This document shows, piece after piece, positions 25,508 to 38,900 of a DNA stretch of 64,000 nt. Under the pieces are notes generated by a model. That model was given only the letters and a program-made list of their open reading frames with translations, searched no databases and was not told where the DNA came from. The DNA comes from Bacillota bacterium (GTDB lineage: Bacteria; Bacillota; Clostridia; Acetivibrionales; JAEZXR01): assembly GCA_023419605.1 (NCBI GenBank), contig JAEZXR010000020.1:4108-68107 (forward strand), read 5' to 3'. Position 1 is the stretch's first letter. Every line of letters begins with the position of its first letter. The translations under genes and the position numbers were made by a program.

Positions 25508-26930
25508 TGAAAAAAATGGACGAACTTTTATGTAAATTGTTATTTTGTCAATTGCAGTTTTTAGGATTGTTTTCCGAAAAAAAATTTGTTTTGTCTCACC
25601 TTACGGAGAAAATCAATTGGCGTGGTTTTTATACCCGGTGGTTGGAGGAAAGCCTGGAGGCCTTAGCCAGGAACAATTATTTGGTTAGAGAAGGTGCTAG
25701 CTTCTGTGTGGCAGCTACGGTCCCGGTGGATATAACTTCTGCATGGGGGGAATGGGAACGGCAAAAGGCTACATGGCTGGAGAACCCCGATATGAAGGCA
25801 AGAGTGGCCCTTGTGGAAGCTACACTCCGCGCATTGCCGGAAATTCTTACAGGAAAGGTACCTGCAACAGATATCATCTTCCCTGGTTCCTCTATGCGAT
25901 TGGTGGAAGGTATTTATACACACAATAGGGATGCGGACTTTTTCAATGAAGTGGTTGCCGATACTGTAGCAGCGTTTATTGAAGCGCGTATAAAACAAAA
26001 TTCATCTTCAAAACTCCGGATCATTGAAATGGGTGCAGGTACGGGAGGGACAGCCAGAGTTGTCTTGCAAAAGCTGCAGCCTTACGGGGACTTTATTGAG
26101 GAATATTGTTATACCGATGTATCAAGAGCATTTCTGATGCATGCGGAAAAGGAATATGGTCCGCAGAACCCCTATTTGACATACAAGCTTTTTAATGTGG
26201 AACTGCCTGTTGACGGCCAGGGAATTGGTGAGGGCGGGTATGATATTGCCATAGCGGCGAATGTTTTGCATGCCACAAGGGATATACGGCAAACATTGCG
26301 CAATGTCAAAGCAGTCCTGCAAAAGAACGGTCTGCTATTGATTAATGAGCTGAGCAGCAATACACTGTTTACTCACTTGACCTTCGGGCTTTTGGAAGGA
26401 TGGTGGCTTTATGAGGACGCTGTACTTCGGATTCCCGGCTGCCCGGCCTTATATCCTGCGACATGGAAGGCAGTGCTGGAAAGTGAGGGGTATCAATCCG
26501 TCTGTTTTCCCGCACAGGAAGAGCATGAACTGGGACAACAGGTCATTGTCGCCGAAAGTGACGGCATCATCCGCCAAAAGCAGCAGCCCTTGCCAAAGCG
26601 AGAAGCAGTAACGGTTGAAAGACAGGATAAAAAAACAATAAATAGAAACCTGCCTCAAAAGGAACGTCTGCAGGAACAGGATGCCATCGACCAGGAGCTG
26701 TGTGATAAAAGCACAGCCTATTTTAAAAAATTAGTTAGCGAAATTTTTAAAATTCAATACGACAGGATTGACTCTTCGGAGCCTCTGGAAAGCTACGGGA
26801 TTGATTCCATTCTGGTTGTCCAGTTGAATAACGCTTTGCAGAAAGTATTTGAAGATATCAGCAGTACCTTGTTCTTTGAGTACCAAACCATTGATGCCCT
26901 GGTGGGATATTTTATCAAGAACCGGAAGGA
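21221..26930 (+). other. PKS module 3: KS-DH-KR | cMT-ACP, split across the 25504-25507 gene junction
   Basis: KS VAIVGMSGIFPKARD (21221). DH HPLLQQNTS (23107). KR motif near 24670. cMT near 26021. ACP Ser near 26805. Confidence 0.8.
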
Positions 26931-29900
26931 TGCATTGATAAAGCTGGTGGGACTTGACGGCTGCGAGGAAAATAATGACCGTGAGGAAATTCCTGACGAT
27001 GATACAGTTCCGTCGGACGTGGCGGAAGCAGCAGGGAAGCCTGCATTTAAGCCGGAATTAAGAAAATCCGGACGACGGACTCCAACGGTAGATTGCCGGA
27101 TAAAAGCAGAAGAAAATGAAAGCCCATTGGAACCCATTGCCATAATCGGTATGAGCGGGCGTTACCCTCAAGCGAAAAATCTAGATGAATACTGGGAGAA
27201 TTTAAAAGCAGGAAAAGACTGCCTTACGGAAATACCGCCAGAGCGGTGGTCTCTGGAAGGCTTTTATAACCCGGATGTACATGAAGCTGTGGCACAGGGG
27301 AAAAGCTATTGCAAGGTTGGCGGCTTTATGGACGGGTTTGCCGATTTCGATCCGCTGTTTTTCAATATTTCCCCCCAGGATGCAATGTATATGGATCCCC
27401 AGGAACGGATATTCCTGGAAGAATGCTGGAAGGCCCTGGAGGATGCCGGTTATACCAGAAAAGAGCTTTCTGAACAGTTTGGCGGGAGGGTTGGTGTTTT
27501 TGCAGGGGTTACCCGAATCGGCTACAGTTTATACGCGCCTGAGGTGTGGAAAAAAGGAGATAGGAATTTCCCGCGTACTTCCTTCAGTTCGGTAGCCAAC
27601 AGGGTTTCCTACCATTTTAACCTTCATGGGCCCAGCCTACCGGTAGATACCATGTGTTCCTCCTCCTTAACGGCGGTTCACGAAGCCTGTAAGTACCTCC
27701 TCCAGCTTGAATGTGAAATGGCTATCGCCGGAGGGGTCAATCTGTATCTTCATCCCCTGGGATACACGGATCTTTGTGCTAATCGGATGATCTCCGCAGA
27801 CGGAAGGGTTAGAAGCTTCGGGAAGGGAGCAACAGGCTTCGTACCGGGTGAGGGTGTAGGCGTAATTATACTGAAACGTTTATCCAGAGCGATTGAGGAT
27901 AATGACCACATTTATGCAGTTGTTAGAGGGACGAATATTAACCATGGGGGTAAAACCAACGGGTTTACCATTCCCAATCCCCATGTGCAGGCAGAGCTTA
28001 TCCGGACAGCCCTAGACAAGGCGGGGATCAATGCCCGTACCGTCAGCTATATGGAAGCGCACGGCGCCGGTACGGATCTCGGCGATCCCATTGAAATAAC
28101 AGGACTCACCCAGGCTTTCAGTAAGGATACTGCCGACACAGGTTATTGTACCCTGGGTGCGGTAAAATCCAATCTGGGGCATCTGGAGGGGGCAGCAGGC
28201 ATTGCAGGACTCACAAAGGTTTTACTGCAGCTCAAACATCGGAAGCTTGTTCCCAGTTTGCACGCAAAGGAACGAAATCCGAATATTGATTTCGATAAAA
28301 CCCCGTTTACTGTCCAGCAGGAGCTTGCCGATTGGAAACGGCCTGTGGTTGAAATCAACGGTGAGAGGAAAGAATATCCCAGGATTGCAGGCGTATCGGC
28401 TTTCGGAGCTGGAGGGTCCAATGCTCACGTGATTGTTGAAGAATATATCCCTGAAGCCTGTGAAAAGGCTCCTATGGCGGTAAACCACCGAAACCCGGCG
28501 ATTGTAGTACTGTCTGCAAAAAATGAAACAAGGCTTAGAGAACAGGTTCAGCAGCTTTTGACTGCCGTCAGGGATCATAAAATTAATGATGATTGTCTAG
28601 CCGAGGCTACCTATACACTGCAGGTAGGACGGGAAGGTATGGACATGCGCCTGGCGACCATTGCTGGGACGGTCAGGGAGCTGGAGGAAAAGCTGCAAGG
28701 ATTTTTGGATGGCCGGGATGGAATCATGGATTTGTATACAGATTCGGTGAAACGCAATAAAGAGACATTAGCTGCTTTAACCGGGGATGAAGAAATGCAG
28801 GAGACCGTAGAAAAATGGATCAAACGGAAAAAATACAGGAAAATCATAGAGCTTTGGGTCAAAGGTTTGAATTTTGATTGGAAGAAGATGTATGGTCATA
28901 ATAAGCCTGCAAGGATCAGCCTGCCAACCTATCCCTTTGCAAGGGAACGCTTTTGGCTGCCCGAAATTTACCAAAAGTCTGGCGACGGCATAAATAACGG
29001 GGCAATTATGGCTGGTGGGCAGGAGGATGAGAGTGGAATACAGGAAGATGAAAAAAATAGGGAAGGTTCTTTCCTGGAGAACAAGCAGGAATACACTGTA
29101 AATATCCCGGAAGCAGCAAATATGCCGGGTAGGGGCAGGCGATCGGAAATGATGGGCCTCAGTGTAAAGCAATGCCTGGAATGGGACCTGAAAGAACAAA
29201 CCAGCCAACTGCTTAGTATTTCCAGAGATCAAATCGATATCGATGAAAACTTTATTCATATGGGTTTTAATTCCATCCACGCAGCGAAATTTTCAGCCCA
29301 GCTGGCCGGACATTTCGGATGTAAAGTTCCTCCTTCGGTATTTTTTGGGTATCCTACCGTTGCGAAGCTTGTAAAATACTATATAACGGAGCATAAGGAG
29401 AGGGTGGAGAGGTTTTATCAGGAGGATACAGGAAGGAAGGTTACCGATCAAAATTCTAAGACTCCAACGGCTGCAGCCGTCAGGCAGGAATCCCGCAAGC
29501 CAGGGGCGGCAGTGGGGAGTATACCCCAAAACCTCCAGGAGCCTATTGCTATTATCGGAATGAGCGGACGCTTCCCCGGGTGCCGGAATATTGATGAAAT
29601 GTGGACGGCTCTTGAAACCGGGCAGGATATGGTGAAGGAAATCCCGGAAGACAGGTTCGACTGGAGGAAATACTATGGCGATCCTCTGAAGCAGCCTGGA
29701 ACAATCAATTGTACCGGATTCGGAAGTGTCCCGGGCGTACGGGAGTTTGACCCCCTGTTTTTTGAAATTTCCCCCCTTGAAGCGGAAATCATGGATCCAA
29801 GGCAGCGGCTCCTGCTTCAGGAGGCCTGGAAGGCTTTAGAAGATGCAGGCTATGGGAAGTCCCAGATCCGCAGTAACAAAATCGGGATGTTTGTAGGGGT

Positions 29901-32900
29901 TGAGGAGGGAGACTATTACCGGATTACCAAAGATAAGGCGAATGTTGCATCCCATCACAATGGAATCCTGGCTGCACGTTTAGCCTATTTCCTGGATCTT
30001 TCCGGACCTGTTATGGCCATTAATACAGCTTGTTCTTCCGCTTTAACGGCTGCTTACCAGGCTTGCCTCAGTTTACGGAACGGGGAATGCGATACCGCCA
30101 TTGTAGGAGGTGTAAATTTGCTGTTTACACCCGATGCCTTTATAGAAATGTGCCAGGCGGGTATGATGTCCAATGACGGCAAATGTTTTGCTTTTGACAA
30201 GCGTGCCAATGGCATGGTTTCTGCAGAAGCTGCAGTTGCTGTGGTACTTAAACGGCTGTCAAAGGCGGAGGCGGACGGGGATCCCATTTATGCCGTTATC
30301 CGCGGCTGCGGTATCAATTATGATGGAAAGACCAATGGAATTACCGCTCCAAACGGAGTTGCGCAAACGAATCTCTTGAAGTCCGTTTATGATCAGTACA
30401 AGATAGACCCGGAGGAAATCGAATATATCGTTGCCCACGGGACAGGAACCAAATTGGGAGATCCCATTGAGGTCAACGCATTATATGATGCTTTTAAAGG
30501 GTATACAAATAAGCAACGCTACTGTGCACTTACCTCAACCAAGACGAATTTCGGGCATACCCTTGGGGTATCGGGTCTGGTCAGCCTGGTGGGTCTGGTT
30601 CAGGCAATCCGGCATGAAACAATTCCGGCCAGCTTGAATTGTCAGGAGGAGAACGACTATATCGATTGGGAGGCAAGTCCCTTTTATGTAAATAAAGCAA
30701 AAAAACCATGGAAAAAGCAGTCCGGAAAAAATCTGCTGGGTGCAGTAAGTGCCTTTGGAATGAGTGGGACCAATGTTCATATGGTAGTTCAAGGCATTAT
30801 GGACGAGACTACGGAAACGCCGCCGGTGCTTCCTCCATACTACCTGCTGGTTCTCTCGGCAAAAACCCAGGAAGCATTACAGGAAAGAATTTATGATATA
30901 ATCGCAGTTCTTGAAAACAAAGCCTTACAGGAGCAAGACCTGTATAAAATCAGTTATACGCTTCTGGAAGGACGCCAGCACTTCCATCACCGCTGTGCAG
31001 TAGTAGCCGGGAGCGCCCAGAATGCGGTGTATATTTTGAAACAGGCGGGCAATAAGGAAAAACTGCCGAACCTGTTTCATGGAAAGGTACCTCATGATCA
31101 TACAGTACAGAAAGTGATGGAGCAGTACGCACAGGATATGCTGGGTGAAAGCCTGCTATTGCAAGAGGATAAGGATAAATACAAGGACATTTTATGTGCT
31201 TTGGCAGATCTTTATTGCCAGGGCTATGACCTTGAATGGGGGCAGCTGTTCGGTGACAGCAAACCCCGCAGAGTAAATCTGCCTACCTATCCCTTTAGCC
31301 GGGAAAATTACTGGTTCTCCGGGACGGCTGACAGTGGGGCTAACCGGAAGTTAATGGAGGCCCCGCAAGCTTCCCTTCATCCGCTGCTGCACCAGAATAC
31401 CTCGAATCTGTCGGAGCAGCGGTTTACTTCTACCTTTACGGGACAGGAGTTTTTCCTTGCGGATCATGTGGTAAAGGAGCAGAAGGTGCTGCCGGGGGTA
31501 GCGTACCTTGAAATGGCACGGGCAGCCGTGGAACATGCAACAGGAGATACCGCCGGGGGACAGTTCGGAATTCATCTTAAAAATATCATTTGGGCGCGCC
31601 GTATCGAAGTGGACCATCAACCGGTAAAAGTGCAAATCGGACTTTACCCTGAAGAAAATGGGGAGATTTCCTACGTAATCTATACCGGTTCAGGGGATGA
31701 GGGTGCCGAGACCGAAATGTGCAGTCAGGGTAGTGCTGTGATCTGTGCGCTTGAAGAAGCTCCTGTTTTGGATATCAAAGCTTTGCAGGCGCAGTGTGAG
31801 GCATGGGAGAATATTTCCTCCCAACGGTGCTATGAGGTTTACAGAGAAGCAGGGATCCAATATGGCCCGGCACACCAGGGAGTTGCGAAAGTATATGCCG
31901 GTGGGGGACAGATATTGGCAAAGCTGCAGCTGCCTTCTGCCGTATCCGCTACGCAAGGGCAGTTCGTTCTCCATCCAAGTCTGATGGATGCGGCCCTTCA
32001 ATCGACAATCTGGCTTATGGTAGGCTCCGGGAATCGAAGGCCTTTTCTTCCCTTTGCCCTTGATGAGCTTCACATATACGGTGGATGCACCGCTGAAATG
32101 TGGGCCTATATCCGGTACAGCGACGGCAGCAAGGCCGGGGATAAAGTAGAGCGGCTGGATATTACCTTATGCGATGTTAACGGTCGTATCTGTGTAAATA
32201 TGCTGGGATTTTCTACAAGGGCCATGGAAGGCGGTTTTCAAACCAGTGACGGACTAGGAAGCATGACACCCGGGACTGCGGCCGCATTAGTAGCGGAAAA
32301 CCTCCTGCTGTCTTTTGTTTGGGATACGGCAGCAATAGAGAGAAGCCAACCCTTCCCGTCCATAGCGGATAAAGTAGTAATTATTGGAGGGACTGAAGCG
32401 GAAATCGACACCATCCGGCAGGTTTATCCCGAGGCTCTTGTGCTTGCGCTGGAGTTCCGGGATACCATCGGCACATTGGCGCAAAAACTGCAAACCTGCG
32501 GCTCCATTGATCATATTGTGTGGATTGCACCCGGGAATTGCCTGAATTCAATGGAAGGTGATTTATTGATCGAAAGTCAGGAGCAAGGTGCAATAAAGGC
32601 ATTCAGGACGGTGAAGGCACTGCTGGATATCGGATACGGGGACAGGGAACTGGGATGGACGATAATTACCACACAGGCTCAGGCCGTACTGAAAAATGAT
32701 TGGGTAGACCCTGCCGATGCTTCCTTGCATGGATTTGCAGGGTCTATGGCCAAGGAATACATGAATTGGAAGGTCCGGTTGATTGACCTGGAAGACGGCT
32801 GTGATTGGCCTGCTGCCGATATTTTCACCCTTCCTGCCGATCCCCAGGGGAATTCCTTCGCTTATAGGGGGATGGAGTGGTACAGGCAGCAATTGGTACC

Positions 32901-35900
32901 CTTTCAGCCTTTACATACAGAGCAGACAAAATACAGAACCGGCGGGACCTATGTAGTCATTGGAGGTGCCGGCGGTATCGGAGAGGTCTGGAGTGAATAC
33001 ATGGTCAAGGCCTACCGGGCACAGATTATCTGGATCGGACGGCGGCAGAAGGATGAAGCCATACAGGCCAAACTGGACAGGCTGGCGGCACTGGGGCCTG
33101 CACCGCTCTATATGGCAGCAGATGCAGCTGACCGGCAGGCGCTTCAAAAAGCTTATGAGGAAATAAAGCAGCAGTATTCACAGGTTAACGGAGTCGTCCA
33201 TTCCGCCGTTGTCCTGTCTGATCAAAGCCTGTCAAAAATGACGGAAGAACAGTTCAGGCGTGTACTCTCCAGCAAGGTGGATGTGAGCGTGCATATGGCC
33301 CAGGTTTTCCAAAATGAGCCCTTGGACTTTGCAATGTTCTTCTCTTCCACACAAAGTCTTTCAAGATCTCCGGGACAGAGTAACTATGCTTCCGGATGTA
33401 CCTTCAAGGATGCCTTTGCACAGAGGCTTTCAAAAGAATGGACCTGTGCGGTGAAGGTAATGAACTGGGGCTACTGGGGCAGTGTCGGCGTTGTAGCCGC
33501 AAAGCCTTATAGAGACAGAATGGAAGAGGCCGGCGTAGGATCTACAGAACCGGAGGAAGGCATGGAGGCATTGGAGAGGCTCCTTTCGTCATCTGTAGAC
33601 CAGCTTGCACTGGTGAAGTTTACAAAGCTTCAGGCCATGACAGGCATCAATATGGAAGAAAGGTTTGCAGCCTATCCGGAAAGCATTCCCTCTACCATCC
33701 CTGATGTACGCGATGTTATTCAACCTGAATTGAAATGGGGAGAAATGAACCGGCAAGTAAAGGAGATGGAGAGCCACCTAAGCAGGCTGCTCTGGGGCCA
33801 ATTACAGTCGATGGGGATGTTTGAGGAAAAACAGCAGCCCTTGTCCGATTTATCTGCGAAGATGGGCTGTAAGGCTCCATATGACAGATGGCTGGAAGAA
33901 AGTATAGAAATTTTGGCACGGAATCATTACCTTACAATAGAGGGAAAGTCCTGCGCCGTAGTGGATACAGTCCCATTGGATATGGCAGCGGAGTGGCGGG
34001 ATTGGAGTGTCTATAAGGGCCTTTGGATATTGAATTCCGACATGAAGGGGCAGGCCCTACTGGCAGAAGCAGTTCTTACGGCTTTACCGGAGATTCTTAC
34101 AGGAAAAGTATCTGCTGCGGATGTGATGTTCCCGGATTCCTCTATAGAACTGGTGGAAGGGATATATAAAAACAACACAGTGGCCGATTACTTCAACAAA
34201 GCACTGGGTAATACCTTGACGGCTTATATGGAAGCGCGGTTGAAGCAGGACCCGGCAGCGCAAATCAGGATCATTGAAATCGGAGCAGGCACCGGAGGAA
34301 CCGGTCTGATGCTATTCCGGCAGCTTCAACCCTATCGGGATCATATAAAGGAATATTGCTATACCGATATTTCCGAGGAATTTTTGCTACATGCCCAAAA
34401 GGAACATGGTCCGGAGACCCCTTACTTGACCTATAAAATATTCAACCCGGGTGAGTCAGCAGCAGGACAGCATATGGATGCAGATGGGTATGATGTTGTA
34501 ATCACAGCCCATGCATTGCATGCTGCAAAAAATATCCGGCAAACCTTACGGAATGTCAAGGAAGTTTTAAAGAAGAACGGACTGCTTCTGTTAAAGGAAT
34601 TGGGAAGCAATTTATTGTTTAACCATATAACTTTTGGGTTATTGGAGGGCTGGTGGCGGTATGAGGATCCGGAACTGCGTATTCCGGGCTGCCCTGGCTT
34701 ATATCCTGATACATGGAAAATGCTGCTGGAAAATGAAGGCTTCCGGTCCGTATTCTTTACGGTACCACAGGCTCACGAATTCGGACAGCAGGTGATTGCT
34801 GCTGAAAGCGACGGGATGGTCCGGCAGAAACATCCCTTCAAGCCAACGGTAATCCCTTCGGAGGAAAAGGCTGATTTTACTCCAGTCTCCACAATACCCG
34901 AAATAAAAACACCCCAGAGGAAGCCAATGAATATGGCAGCCGCTGCAAAAACCGTTGTCCGGACAGTGGATACCAGCCCTGTCAAAAAGCAGCAGGTTCC
35001 CAAACAAGGAGCAGCGATAAAACAGCAGAGGGAGATTTCACAAGATTTGCTGAAAGTAAAAAGCACGGACTTTATTAAAAATCTGGTGGGTGAAACTCTT
35101 CGAGTTCCTGTCGATAGGATCGATTCTCACGAACCTCTGGAGAAATACGGGATTGATTCCATTTTGGTAGTCCAGCTCACGAATGCTTTGCGCAAGGTGT
35201 TTGACAATATCAGCAGTACACTTCTCTTTGAATACCAGACCATTGATGTATTGGTGGAACATTTTATGGAGAGCCAAAGGGCTAGGTTGATGGAACTTGC
35301 AGGATTGGAGGAACAGCAGTCCTATGAGACCCCTTCCGGTGAAGCAGCTGATGCCTCTAGTTACGCTATCGAGGACATAGGGCTACCTGCACATACGGTT
35401 AAGATACCAGGTCAATCAAGGAGGTTTTTGAGTTTCGGCGGTGCAGGAAACGAGAAGGCGCAGATTCCAACTTACGGAGTCCGGGATATCGCCATCATCG
35501 GACTTTCGGGACGGTATCCCCAGGCAGAAAATGTCAATGAATTCTGGAAAAATATAAAGGAAGGAAAAAATTGTATTACTGAGATTCCCAAAGACCGTTG
35601 GGATTGGAGGGAATACTATCACGAAGAAAAAGGGAAAAAGGGAAAGATCTACGCGAAATACGGCGGTTTTCTCAAGGAAATCGACAAATTCGATTCCCTT
35701 TTCTTTAAAATATCTCCAAAGGAAGCAGAAATGCTGGATCCACAGGAACGGTTATTTTTAGAAACTGTATATGAAAGTATTGAAGATGCGGGATATACTC
35801 CCGGGACCCTTGGCGACAGCAGAAAAGTCGGAGTGTTTGTAGGGGTTATGAATGCAAATTACACCATGGGAGCTGTATACTGGGCGATTGCCAACCGGGT

Positions 35901-38900
35901 TTCCTACACTTTCAATTTCCAGGGTCCCAGCATCGCTGTGGATACGGCCTGCTCATCCTCTCTTACAGCCATTCACTTAGCCGTGGAGAGCCTGCGCAGC
36001 GGCACTTGCGAGTGTGCGGTCGCAGGAGGAGTCAACCTGATTGTAGATCCTTTCCAGTACCTAAAGCTTACGATGATGACCATGCTTTCCAGCGGCGACA
36101 GATGCAAGGCCTTCGGGGAGGGCGGAGACGGCTTTGTCGATGGAGAGGGCGTAGGGGCAATACTATTAAAACCCCTGGAAAAAGCAATTGCAGACGGTGA
36201 TCAAATTTATGGGGTCATTAAGGGCAGTATGGTGAATGCAGGGGGAAAAACCAACGGCTTTACCGTACCCAATCCCAATGCACAATCCCAGTTGGTTGCG
36301 GAAGCATTTCAGCGGGCCGGGGTAAATGCCGGCACTATAAGCTATATCGAAGCCCATGGAACCGGTACATCCCTGGGAGATCCGATAGAAATTTCAGGGT
36401 TGACCCGCGCCTTTGAGCAAGATACCAAAAAAAGGCAGTTCTGCTCCATCGGGTCTGTGAAGTCAAATATCGGACATCTGGAGAGTGCGGCGGGTATTGC
36501 AGGGGTGACGAAGGTATTACTGCAAATGAAGCATTGCATGCTGGTGCCCTCCCTGCATTCCAGCAAATTGAACTCCAATATCGACTTTATCGATTCGCCG
36601 TTTGTAGTACAACAGGAGCTGGAGGAATGGAAACGGCCGGTTATTGATGGCGAAGAAGTACCGAGACGTGCGGGTATATCCTCCTTTGGCGCCGGAGGGG
36701 CAAACGCCCATGTGGTCATCGAGGAATATATTCCGGAGTCCCGTGTACGGCCGCACATCACTGTTACTCCTCAGGACCCGGCCATTATTGTCCTGTCAGC
36801 CAAGGAAGAAGAGCAGCTTAAAGCCCTCGTCCAACGGCTGCTGGAGGAGATTCGTCAAGGCCGCTATTCCGATGCTGACCTGGGTAATATGGCCTATACT
36901 TTCCAGGTAGGGCGCGAAGCGATGGAAGAACGTTTAAGCCTGGTTGCGGCATCTGTAAAGGAGCTGGAAGGCAAGCTGAAGGGCTTTTTAGGTGGGCATA
37001 CGGTAAACGGAACTGTTTACCGGGGGCAGATGAAACAAAATAAAGGTACCCTGGATGTACTGATGGATGAAGAAATGCAGGAGACGATCGAAAAATGGTT
37101 TCAGAATAAAAAGTATGCCAAATTGACCGAACTCTGGGCCAAGGGCTTGACTTTTGACTGGAACAGGCTTTATCACGGCAGCAAGCCTTGCAGGATCAGC
37201 CTTCCCACCTACCCCTTTGCAAAAGAACGCCACTGGCTGTCAGAGTATAAGGCAGAGCCTGCAAGCGGCAGTACGGCAGCTTCTGCAGCCGTAATTCATC
37301 CGCTCCTGCATCAAAATACCTCGGATATTTACGGGCTTAAGTTTAGCTCCCGCTTTACAGGACAGGAATTTTTCCTGGCGGATCATATTGTAAAGGGGCA
37401 AAACGTATTGCCGGGTGTGGCATACCTGGAAATGGTGAGGGCAGCAGTAGACAAGGCGGTAGGGGATTTAAAAGAACAAGGCGGATCGATCCGGCTTAGA
37501 AATATTATTTGGGTACGGCCCATCGTATCGGAAGGACAGCCGGTGCAGGTACATACCGGTATTTATCCTGAAGAGGATGATACGATGTCCTTTGAAATAT
37601 ACAGTGGTTCCGAAATATCCGGTCAGAAGCCTGTAATACACAGTCAGGGGATTGTGGAGCTTTATATGCCTGAAGAAATCCCGATTCTGGACATTACTGC
37701 ATTGCAGGAGCAGTGCAGCAGGGACGTAATTTCATCCTTCCAATGCTATGAGGCTTATGGCCGTATAGGGATGGATTATGGGCCCGGGCACCGGGGAGTT
37801 GAAAAAATATATATCGGCCAGGCACAGGTACTGGCGAAGCTCTCACTGCCTTCTTCCGTCACCGGTACTCAAAACGGGTTTGTTTTGCATCCGAGCATTA
37901 TGGATTCTGCACTTCATGCCTCCATCGGGCTGGTAATAAGCTCCGGCATAAATAAGCTGATGCTGCCCTTTGCCCTGGATGAGCTAGAGATTCTTGGAAA
38001 TTCCACGGAAGAAATGTGGGCCTATATCCGTTATAGCAATGGCAGTGATGCCGGAGATAAGATGGTGAAAACCGATATCGACCTGTGCAATGCGGAAGGG
38101 GTAGTTTGTACAAGATGGAAGGGACTTACCTCCAGAGCCATGGAAGGTGAAGCCGGCATAATAGCCCAAAAAGGAACTCTGCTGTTTGAGCCTATCTGGA
38201 AAGAACAAGCTGCTGTCGGTATATCCGGCCTGCCAAGCTTTGCAGAGCATGTGGTTATTCTCTGTGAAGCGGAAAATATATACAGGGAAAGCATTGAAAC
38301 CCGGATGAAGGGGGTACGCTGTATTTACCTGCAGCCGGAACAGGAAGAAATCGATGGGCGCTTTAGGGATTACGCCATCCATGTCTTCGATGAAATCCGC
38401 GATATCTTAAAAAGGAAGCATACGGGAAAGGTGCTGGTTCAGCTTGTGGCTGTAATGCAGAAGGAACAGCAGCTCTTTGCCGGGCTTTCAGGGATGCTGA
38501 AAACAGCTCAATTGGAGAATCCGAAGCTGCTTGTGCAGATGATCGGAATGGATACCTGGAAAGATACCGGGGCAGTGATAGAAAAACTTATAGAGAATAG
38601 TATGTCCCCGACAGACAACAGGATTCAATACCAGGCTGGCAAACGGTATACCGCCGGCTGGAGAGAGCTGGCAGAGCCGAAGGAGGCCGACGGCATCCTG
38701 TGGAAGGATGGGGGTATTTATCTCATTACCGGAGGCGCAGGCGGTTTGGGGCTTATTTTTGCCAAAGAAATTGCGGATAGGACAAAAAATATTACACTGA
38801 TTCTTACAGGACGGTCAAGGCTTAGTGCTGATATCCAAGCCAGGCTTGGAGAACTAAAGCGCGTAGGAGCCAGGGTGGAATACAGGCAAATGGATGTAAC

